Assembly (NCBI RefSeq): GCF_001194135.2 | Contig: NC_068981.1 | Location: forward strand, 75,085,274-75,117,499 | Reading direction: 5' to 3' | Source: Octopus bimaculoides | Taxonomy: Eukaryota | DNA length: 32,226 nt | Part shown: piece after piece, positions 11,891 through 21,095 of the stretch | Numbering within the stretch: the first letter of the stretch is position 1 | How the letters are laid out: each line of letters opens with the position of its first letter | Notes under the pieces: model-generated | Databases searched by the model: none | What the model saw: the letters and a program-made list of their open reading frames with translations, nothing else | Told to the model about the DNA's origin: nothing | Position numbers and translations under genes: made by a program

Positions 11891-12567
11891 GCCTTTGCAC
11901 AGCTTCTAACGCTGGAGTTGTAATACAGTGTGAGCTGTTCACTACCAGTGAACTAAGGTAACACCTTTTGTTTTTCAAGCACCTTCCGGAGTATTCGAGC
12001 GGTTCCAAGCAGTGCTGTTTTCTGCAAGTGCTCCACCCTTATTGCAGCCCCTATTTGTTCCACGTACTTCTCGAGATTTTTGCTCACTGTTACCAGGGCT
12101 CCGAAAATTATTGGTACTACTGCTACCTTTTTTTCATCGACCGCAACTGCTTAATTTCCCAAGCTAACCTGTCATATCTCTCGACTTTTCTTTCTTCCTT
12201 ATCGCATACTTTGTTGTCAGCTGGGCATGCTATGTCTATGATCCTGTATCGTTTGCTTTCTTTCTCAATTAACACTATATCTGGTTTCCTATTCTCTATT
12301 TCATGGTCGCACTGAATCATAGAATCGCATAGGATCTTTGCATTTCTATTTTCGACAATGCCTTCAGGTTTGTGGTCGTATCAATTTTTTGCTCTGTCAA
12401 GTCCATACTTGTTGCAAAGTGTCCAATGGACATGCCTGGTCAGATTGTCGTGGCGTCTCTTATATTCCTTCTAGGCTAGTGGCATACATTGGCTGGTAAT
12501 ATATGCCATGCGGTTTCACCGTTTTGTCCACAGATTCTGCACGTGTCACTTTCTGATGTGTTGTCTA
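11891..12567 (-). mobile_element. 5'-truncated R4/Dong LINE (CCHC knuckle, RLE endonuclease, 3' UTR; subfamily B)
   Basis: CRICGQNGETAWH..., KRRHDNL..VHWTLC, IQCDHEIENRKPDIVLIEK..IIDIACPAD, KVERYDRLAWEI, LQKTALLGTARILRKVLE. Trinucleotide arrays read as (TAA)n/(CAA)n on both sides. Confidence 0.93.
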
Positions 12568-12571
12568 TTAC

Positions 12572-12631
<60 letters not shown>

Positions 12632-12655
12632 CATCATCATCATCATCATCATCAA
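12568..12655. repeat. (ATT)n(ATC)n
   Basis: Direct reading; the 5' flank of Dong copy B. Confidence 0.97.
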
Positions 12656-12810
12656 TTAATTAATAAATTAATTGAATGTATTTATACATATAATTATTTG
12701 GTATAATGAAGACATCTTATTTGTAATATGTAATTAATATCAAATTACTAATATAATTATGTATTTTACAGTAACTGCAAGAATTTGCACTAGAAACATT
12801 TAAAATATTC

Positions 12811-12916
12811 TGAATTAATTCACTGAAGAGACTTATATAAGTGGATGTGTATTGTTTATAAATCAAATAATGTATTATAAGTCGAAACAAATTGTTGGCT
12901 AATTTGGTCTTTTAAT
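12811..12916 (+). ncRNA. Putative type I hammerhead ribozyme (possibly decayed)
   Basis: CUGAAGA at 12823-29; perfect 8-bp stem II (GACTTATA 12830-37 / TATAAGTC 12876-83); GAAAC at 12884-88; stem III AAATT/AATTT with one bulged G; GUC at 12907-09. Stem I is weak. Confidence 0.55.
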
Positions 12917-13012
12917 GATTTTTTCCTGTTATATTATATTATATTCATAGTACATTATGTTATAAGTAAATTATTGGATTGTCAATTGAATCTCACCTCT
13001 ATTTAGTTTATT
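12823..13012 (+). repeat. Hammerhead-bearing dispersed repeat (Penelope pLTR-like)
   Basis: Homologous to the reverse complement of 10163-10348. Confidence 0.85.
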
Positions 13013-13050
13013 AAACACACACATACACACACATACACACACGCACGTAC

Positions 13051-13221
13051 ATATATATAAAATACAAACCTTAGCATTGCTAAGCAGCGCGCACATTCTA
13101 CGCAAGGCACTTTAAATACAATAAAAATAACAACACTAAAACAAACCACAGCATATACCCAAGACACACAGGGCTGCACTCAGTAGTGCAGTGAAAGCAC
13201 ATAATAAAAATAAATCTACTC
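13051..13221 (+). mobile_element. R4/Dong LINE 3' end (subfamily A, older copy)
   Basis: Encodes IQTLALLSSAHILRKAL*IQ*. The UTR aligns to the reverse complement of 11353-11452 and is followed by AATAATAAC. Confidence 0.88.
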
Positions 13222-13239
13222 AATAATAACAGAAACAAT

Positions 13240-13441
13240 GATTTCAAATTTTGGCATAAGGCCAGCGACTTCATTAGAGTGAGTAATTTAATTACTTCGG
13301 CCCAAGTACTCAACTGGCACTTATTTTATCGACTTCGAAAGGGTGAAAGACAAAGTCGACCTCGGTGGTATTGCAACTCAGAATGTGATGGCGGATGAAA
13401 TTTTGCCAGGCGTGGTAACGATTCCGCCAGCTTGCCGCCTT
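13240..13441 (-). mobile_element. SINE copy 4
   Basis: Full-length family match; head reads AAGGCGGCAAGCTGGCGGAATCGTTA on the - strand. It sits between the Dong tail and (AAT)n. Confidence 0.9.
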
Positions 13442-13447
13442 AACGAC

Positions 13448-13500
<53 letters not shown>

Positions 13501-13632
13501 TAATAATAACAATAATGATAAAAAAGGACGAGAAGAACGATGTTGCAATATTTTTAGTAGCAGTAAAAGTAGTAATAGTAGTAGTAGTAGTAGCAGCAGC
13601 AGCAGCAGTAGTAGTAACAGTAGTAGGAGTAA

Positions 13633-13683
<51 letters not shown>
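13448..13683. repeat. (AAT)n plus (AGT)n/(AGC)n compound trinucleotide repeat
   Basis: Direct reading. Confidence 0.95.
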
Positions 13684-13684
<1 letters not shown>

Positions 13685-14166
13685 TTCATAAACGATATGA
13701 GTTTAAATATGATGCAGGTAAAATTGAAGTTGGATTTGATTATAGTGTTAATGATAAAGGATGTGATAATATTTGTGATGTAAATGAATAACATTTATCA
13801 CATCCCTTAACACTATCATTAAATTCACTTTGCTCATAAATAACAATAATTATAAGAAACTCCATCATAAACATCATTAATATTTCCAACGTCATTCGAG
13901 GTGTTAACATTACAGCAATATCAAGCACAGATCGTCAACCACAACGATAAACTTATCTATAGAATTCACACCTAATATTAGAGAAAACTAATACATTCAT
14001 CATAGTGTGATACTAACATAAATACTATTAACATTACTATTTCAGTAATAATATTATTGGTATTGCCAAACTTTCAACTACTACTACTACTGGATAAATG
14101 CTGGTGTAACTGTTCTATTATTATTGCACGTATTACTAATCTTATTTTATTATTATTAACCATATG

Positions 14167-14370
14167 AGTGTGGTCAGCTGGCAGAATTGTCTTCACTCCT
14201 GTGAAAATGCTTAGAGGCATCATGTCTTCTAGTTTTACGTTATATGTTCAAATTCTGCTGAAGTCGAATTTACCTTTCGTCTTTTTGGGGGTTTATAAAA
14301 TGTTATAAGTGGAGCATTGGGGTGGATAACATCGACTTGTCCTTTTCGTTCAAATTTCAGGCCTTGTGCC
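14167..14370 (+). mobile_element. SINE copy 5
   Basis: A-box-like TGGCAGAATTG, B-box-like TGTTCAAATTC, and 3' AAATTTCAGGCCTTGTGCC. Confidence 0.8.
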
Positions 14371-14376
14371 ATTGAT

Positions 14377-14460
14377 CTATGCTGTGTTCAAATTTCGTCA
14401 GGATCGATAAAATAATTGCTAGTTGAGCTCTGTCCTCGATGTAACCAACTAACCCACTCT
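14377..14460 (+). mobile_element. SINE partial copy 5b
   Basis: GTTCAAATTTCGTCAGG joined to GATCGATAAAATAA...CTCGATGTAACCAACTAA. Confidence 0.5.
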
Positions 14461-14646
14461 CTACACAATTTTAGCCCTAGTACCTATAGTAGGAAAGTTT
14501 ATTATTATTACAAATAATATCAATCCATAACTAAACAATACATTATTTACACTACAACACAGTACTTTTCATACAACACTACATCTGTTATTTTACTTAT
14601 TCAATACTTTATGTATTCATAATTTCCCACAGTTATCTTTAATATT

Positions 14647-14858
14647 GATTTCAAATATTGCCACAAGGACAGCAATTTTGAGGGAGGGGATTAGCCAATT
14701 ACATCGACCGCTGTAATTTACTGATACTTATTGTATCTATCCCAAAAGAATGAAAGGCAGTTAACCTCGGCTGAATTTGAACTCAGAACGTAAAGATGGA
14801 CGAAATGCCGCTAAACATTTTGGCCAGCTTGCTAATGATTCTGCCAGCTCACCACCTT
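14647..14858 (-). mobile_element. SINE copy 6
   Basis: Full-length family match. Confidence 0.9.
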
Positions 14859-14879
14859 CCCAGGTTTGATTTCTGAATT

Positions 14880-15093
14880 GGTTTCAGTTTTGGCAGAAGG
14901 CCAGCAACTTAGTGGGAGGGATTAAGTTGATTAAATTGACCCCAGAGCTCAACTGGTACTCATTTTATCGGCCTCGAGAGGATGAAAGGTAAAGCCATCC
15001 TCGGCAGAATTTGAACTCAGAACGTGAAAACGAAAGAAATACTGCCAAGTATTTTACCCAGCGCAGTAACGATTCTGCCAGCTCACTGCCTTT
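14880..15093 (-). mobile_element. SINE copy 7
   Basis: Full-length family match, head-to-tail with copy 6. The pair is bounded by the direct repeat CAGTTATCTTTAATATT(GA). Confidence 0.9.
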
Positions 15094-15122
15094 CAGTTAT
15101 CTTTAATATTGAATACTAATGA

Positions 15123-15336
15123 AAGGCAGCGAACAGACAGAATCCTTAGCACGCCAGGCAAAATGCTTAGCGGCATTTTGTCCACATTTAAGATCTGAAT
15201 TCAAATTCTGCCGATGTCGAGGTTACGTTTCAGCCTTTCGTGGTCAAGGAAATAAGTACCAGTTGAGCACGTGGTTCGATGTTATCGACTTAGCTCCTCC
15301 CCTGAAATTGCTGGCCTTGTGTCAAAATTTGAAATC
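15123..15336 (+). mobile_element. SINE copy 8 with target-site duplication
   Basis: Full-length. 18-bp direct repeat AATATTGAATA(C/T)TAATGA at 15105-15122 and 15337-15354. Confidence 0.92.
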
Positions 15337-15545
15337 AATATTGAATATTAATGATTATCAATTCCGTATAAATATAAAAAATTGATGCAGATACTGTTAA
15401 GAATGTTTTCATTCTTACTATGAGCGTCATAGATGCGATTGTTAAGTTTAATTAAATTAAGGGCTCAACTAACACTAAGAATACAAATATAAAATCTCCT
15501 ACTATATACTATGCCATCAATTCCATCGTGTTGACCGTTTCCCGA

Positions 15546-15845
15546 TATAATTTCGGATTTAGAATTGTTATAAAGTATTCTTCTTTTCCTACTTCTAGTT
15601 GATTATTTTCGTCCATTATTTAGAAAATAGGAAATATTTTTAATACTCCATTTGCATAATTATCTAGATGTTCCCTACAAGGAACATTTCTAAGATATCA
15701 ATGTTAATTTGCTGTTTGTGCACTCTTACTCAACTAGTTAGTTTTGTTTCTGTTTCGTTGATGTAATTCTCGTTGCTTTTGGGGCATGTGATGCAGTAAA
15801 TGTGAATTTTATTTAGCACTTCATGTTTGCATTCACCATAAATTC
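15546..15845 (-). pseudogene. Penelope-like element GIY-YIG endonuclease remnant
   Basis: Frame-joined FMVNANMKC..IHIYCITCPKSNENYINETETKLTS*VRVHKQQI..RNVPCREHLDNYANGVLKIFPIF..KEEYFITILNPKL, matching the IY-C..C..YIG..R..H..C..H..E..I..P.LN pattern of PLE endonucleases. Confidence 0.8.
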
Positions 15846-17402
15846 ATCTTTCACACACACGTATATACACCTAAACACGCTTGTATATATATATATATAT
15901 ACACATATATCATATACATATATATACGTACATATACATCTATGCTCGCATGCATGCAGGTGTACATCTATAAATATATCTATTATTTTTAATGTATAGT
16001 TTTGTTTCAAATGTAATATTGATAGCTGCAGTAAAATCTAAGGTAAAACAGGGAATAAGAGATTACAAAGTACGCAACAAAAAACAAACAAGTGAACGTT
16101 TGAAAAACACTTCATCAAGTCCGTCTGAAACGTTGATATCTTATAGGTGTCAATTTAGTTTGTTTCAAATATATTTCTCATATTTTTAATGTTGCTATAT
16201 TGTGAGAATATCTTTGAAAGCTTCGCCAAGGACGAAGTTAAAGAAGCATTTCTCAATTTGTCTCTCTGTTTAAATATATATATTTAGTTTTCTTGGTTGG
16301 CGCAACATACGTAAAATGATATCTAAGTGATTTTTCCCATTATTTCCTTCTCTCACCGTGGTGTCATTGTACTTGTTGCATTATCCAATTTTTGTGTTTG
16401 TGTATATTTGTGTGTCGTTAGCCTTGCCATTACACAGATTCATTTGATAAAAAAGAAAAGAGTATTTTTGTAAAAACAGTGAAATATTTTAGCAATGCAA
16501 TATGATATTGAAAATTGACTTGAAGACAACTTGTACGTGCTTTGTGTAACGAACATGGCACACAGTTAAGTAGATAAATTGCTTCATAATAGTTACTTTT
16601 CTCAGCAACCATTACAGTAACTTATGGCTTCCTTCGCCAGATTTCTGCAATAAAGTGCATTAAAGTCTCTTTAGTGCAGTGCACTAAATTAAGGCAATGG
16701 GTGAGTCTATATGCAATGATATAGAAGTCGATAGGTTAGAAACGATACTAAGGATAAATGTTATACTTCAAGTGATAAATCATATTTACTGATCCTGAAC
16801 AACATAATCAGGCAATTTTTTTTTGTAAAGTTAAATGAAATGAACTTATACAAATTAAATGGAATTGTGGAGTCGTCTAAATAAAGATAATCTTTTAATA
16901 TTTCTATAGAATAACATCATGGGATAACCTCTGATGCATTGTAATAGCTTTTATTAAAATCAAACCAATGCTCGATTTATAGCTTGACAAATTGGGAAGT
17001 TAAATTTGACATAAATCAAATTTAAAAAACAAACAACATAATTGAAAGAGAAAGACCTCACTATATAAAGAAAAAAATCTGTATGGATGAAATAGAAATG
17101 GTTTTATTCTCAACTGGAAACAATAAGCTCTTACTTATTAGAGTGCTTCCAATACTTCACACTGCTTATAATGAATATAGGATCCAAGTTAAAATATGAT
17201 AGAATAACTATGATACGGTTGAACTGGCCAGAATATTTAGCTCACTACTTTCAGAAATCACTCCTATGAATCTTCACTTGTCTTCTCTTCAGCGATAAAT
17301 TCTTACGCTAAAGTTTCCCAAAAGGAGAACGATAAATTAACTTACCAATCGCAAGTAAGCCATTCGGTTACGTGCCACGCTTTGTGGTGCAACATTTAAA
17401 CT

Positions 17403-17639
17403 GCGTGTGTGTGTGTGTGAGTGTGCGCGTGTAAGTTGAGATTCGAACGAAAACTGGTTATTTCTAAGTCATCCAGTGATCGTATAAAGGCTTCGCGTTC
17501 ACCTGGTAATTAGACGTCTTACAGATAAATCTGCATGTGTGTGTGTGTGTGTGTGTGTGTGTCTGTGTGTGTGTGTGCACGTGCGTGTGTGTGAGAGAGA
17601 TTGAGATAGAGAGAGACAGAGATAGATAGAAATAGATAG

Positions 17640-17735
<96 letters not shown>

Positions 17736-17752
17736 GGGAGAAAGAGAAAGGG
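17403..17752. repeat. (GT)n tracts and a long (GA)n
   Basis: Direct reading. Confidence 0.92.
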
Positions 17753-18617
17753 TATGAGTGTGTGTGTTTTAGCAACTGATAAATTTTAAAAATATAAAAA
17801 TTATATGAATAGAAGAGAACGGAAGTTATGAAAGATTAAGATAGAGAAAGTTTAGTGAAGAACAAGCAAAGAAAATTACACGAAAATAATCGTAAAGTGA
17901 TATATTTGAATTGATGCTTGGAGGAAAATGGACAGAAATAGTTGTTCAGCATAGCTAATCATAAATTGGAATCTCCGGGAATAAATTATCCAATATGTCC
18001 TTCGCATATTTTAAAAATAGCAGGGTGTAGATCAATAGATTGGTTGGTATTTTTGGTATGTTGTGCAATCACGCTGGGCTTCATTGTTTTGCTGGACGAT
18101 GATTGTGAACAGGACGTTAGTGTGTATGTATGTATCCGAGTGTGGGTGTATGTAGAACAGTGTTTTCACATCAGACTAGTAGTAACTTTGATCATCAAAG
18201 TAAGAGACACGCAGACGCGAAGCACATTTGCGCCCAAACGAATATATCCATTTGCTCTGGACTGTTATCTGGTACTAAAATTATTGTGTGCATGTCTTGG
18301 TATGATGAAAATATATCGTGTGTGTTTAAGTACGTTTCATTTTATAAAAAAAAAAGACACACGAACAACTGCTTGTATATATGTGGTAGTGGGGTTCATA
18401 GTAAAACTAAAACGATAAAGACAGGAAAATTCACAATCAATGATATTAGTTGAAAATTGAAGAAAGGGATTGAATTAATTCCATTGACGGTTCGGACATT
18501 GCCGTTCTTCAGATTATGGGACAAAGCGTAACAGATGAATCAGGAAAAGCTGGATAAGGGGTGAAGAACGAAAGAGAAAGTAAGAAAACTGGGGTGGGGG
18601 AGGAATATGTGTATGTA

Positions 18618-18619
<2 letters not shown>

Positions 18620-18665
<46 letters not shown>

Positions 18666-18690
18666 TATGTGTGTATGCTGAGTGTGTGCG
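18620..18690. repeat. (TG)n
   Basis: Direct reading. Confidence 0.95.
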
Positions 18691-19517
18691 CCTGTCAATC
18701 AATTATTAACATTGAGCAATGTGACATAAGTAAAACTGCTACGCATGCTTATATATATATATATATATAGTACGAGTATAAGTACAGTTTACATATGGAT
18801 GCTTGAACTTATTTTCTGTTTGCTTGTATGAATGTACGATCGTCCATGTGTGAGAAAATGATATATTGAGAAGAATACGCGGACTGAAATCAAGTTACTT
18901 TAATACATAATTCAAGCATTTTTGTGTGTATTTATGTATACTTTTGAGTGCGCTTTCATCTCTATGTAACTTGTTATATTTTTAATGTCTTTCTGATGCT
19001 CCTTCAAACTAGAAATCTGATACCAATGATGAGAATGACCTAGTCCTCTTCTCATAATTAATTAAACTTGTATGGATGCAGCTGATTGTCTCTACAGAAT
19101 CACCAAATTATGCAAAAATAAATTCTGCTGTATGAAGGTGTACCGGAATTTCTTTATGGTTAGAATTTATGTGGCGTCATTCAACCTTCCGGAAAATATT
19201 AACCATCGAAATAATGTTTATCTTAATGAATCTCTGGAGTAAAAAGCAATGAAAGGAAGGAATTTTCTTACAGTCAGAATAAATACAGTAGCAAAAATAC
19301 GATTTTCGTTACTGACTGTCAAGAGAAGATAATTGCTAGTTCTTATCTAATAATCATTTTCAAACAATGCATTCTACACACACACGCACACACAACACAC
19401 ACACATACACATTTATATATGTACATATGTAAAGTATTTATGCACATAAATACCGCTTCAAATATAACTGATACACACACAAATGCATATATATGTATGC
19501 GTCTGTATATCCATCAT

Positions 19518-19518
<1 letters not shown>

Positions 19519-19575
<57 letters not shown>

Positions 19576-19580
19576 CATCC

Positions 19581-19635
<55 letters not shown>

Positions 19636-20056
19636 CATCTANNNNNNNNNNNNNNNNNNNNNNNNNNNNNNNNNNNNNNNNNNNNNNNNNNNNNNNNNNN
19701 NNNNNNNNNNNNNNNNNNNNNNNNNNNNNNNNNNNNNNNNNNNNNNNNNNNNNNNNNNNNNNNNNNNNNNNNNNNNNNNNNNNNNNNNNNNNNNNNNNNN
19801 NNNNNNNNNNNNNNNNNNNNNNNNNNNNNNNNNNNNNNNNNNNNNNNNNNNNNNNNNNNNNNNNNNNNNNNNNNNNNNNNNNNNNNNNNNNNNNNNNNNN
19901 NNNNNNNNNNNNNNNNNNNNNNNNNNNNNNNNNNNNNNNNNNNNNNNNNNNNNNNNNNNNNNNNNNNNNNNNNNNNNNNNNNNNNNNNNNNNNNNNNNNN
20001 NNNNNNNNNNNNNNNNNNNNNNNNNNNNNNNNNNNATGCGTCTGTATATCCATCAT

Positions 20057-20094
<38 letters not shown>

Positions 20095-20095
20095 C

Positions 20096-20135
<40 letters not shown>

Positions 20136-20145
20136 CTCTATCTAT
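19519..20145. repeat. (TATC)n tetranucleotide array on both sides of a gap
   Basis: Direct reading; gap at 19642-20035. Confidence 0.95.
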
Positions 20146-20322
20146 GTATCTCTAATTCATATTTCTCCTACAACGTCTTTCTCTCTCTCTCTATGTCTCT
20201 GTTTGTATGTTTATACCTATATACATGTACTTAGTCGTATAGTACATTTTTTACGTTGCTATTTGTTTGATGGCAAAAACTGGGGTGATTGTAAGTCAAA
20301 AGTTTATGCAAAGTTTTTATGT

Positions 20323-20871
20323 TCATTGGTCCCTGATGAGATCTTCGAACACCTTCTTGATCTTAACCACCAGCTCAGGCATCGTGTTGCAGGCAGAATG
20401 GTTGCTATCTTTCTCAAACTTCCACCACACATAAATCTATGGATTACAATCGGGAGAAGTGTTTAGCGAGAAATTAGGGTTGATGAAGTTGTAGAAATTC
20501 TTCGGCAAACACTTCTGACTCTTTCCGATGTATAGCAAAGAGACGAATACCGCTGCCACAGCGACCGTCTGTGAGGGATTGATCACTGGCTCCGGCACCT
20601 TCACGTAACTATCTGAATTGAGACTAAGTCTCTGTTCAAGGGTACGGAGTCGTGATGTCACCATTACTGGAGATACACTCAAAGACTACCGCAATCTACT
20701 TGCCACGGCTTCGTTGTCTCCGTTGCAGCTGTCAATAGTATTGTCTTATAGCGTTTACTTTGTTCACAGAACATTCAGTGGCAGTGATGATGCCGCTATT
20801 TTGTACCCGGCGTGAATCATCTTGATACAGGTAAGTATTTTCCAATATTCAGATGCCTTCCTCTCCTCTAT
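20323..20871 (-). pseudogene. Internally deleted Tc1/mariner-superfamily transposase, maT-like (DD37D)
   Basis: N-terminal HTH (MIHAGY.NSGIITATECSVNKV) fused near 20695 to VVFECISSNGDI..LSLNSDSYVKV..WQRYSSLCYTS.KSQKCL..NF.....SPDCNP.DY.VW. The reconstructed spacing between the second and third Asp is about 37. Confidence 0.85.
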
Positions 20872-21004
20872 GTCAGCTAACATTTTTGCAATTCAAATTT
20901 AGTCTTTCTGCTTTGCAATGCCGTTAGCTGTTTGCCAATATATGAAGCTGTTCTTGGAAAAAAAAAAAAGCGGCATAAAAAAACCGTCAAATTTAGATCG
21001 AATG

Positions 21005-21095
21005 GTGTGTGTACACACGCGCACACACACGCACACACGCCCGCACGCGCACGCACACACACACACGCATGCGCACTCACACACACACATATTGC
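21005..21095. repeat. (CA/CG)n compound
   Basis: Direct reading. Confidence 0.9.

Noticed and set aside
13343-13794. Poly-N/poly-S and poly-L ORFs
   Set aside because: SINE plus trinucleotide repeats.
13240-15336. A/B-box heads as tRNA genes
   Set aside because: No cloverleaf; they continue into the shared SINE body.
16085-16140. AACGTT inverted repeat with TTGATGA...CAAACGTT on the - strand (hammerhead-like)
   Set aside because: The core is mutated at both CUGA and GAAA and no stems I/II can be drawn.
16606-17354. Candidate exons 16606-16700 and 17293-17354, and the palindrome TTTAGTGCA-G-TGCACTAAA at 16670-16688
   Set aside because: The splice phases are mutually incompatible and the peptides are unrecognisable. 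A single short AT-rich palindrome is not enough evidence.
17942-18453. 158-aa and 107-aa ORFs
   Set aside because: No motif, composition typical of random AT-rich sequence, non-ATG start for the longer one.
19497-20065. Identical ATGCGTCTGTATATCCATCATTCTATC on both sides of the 19642-20035 gap
   Set aside because: Most likely overlapping contig ends around a (TATC)n array, i.e. an assembly artefact rather than a duplication.
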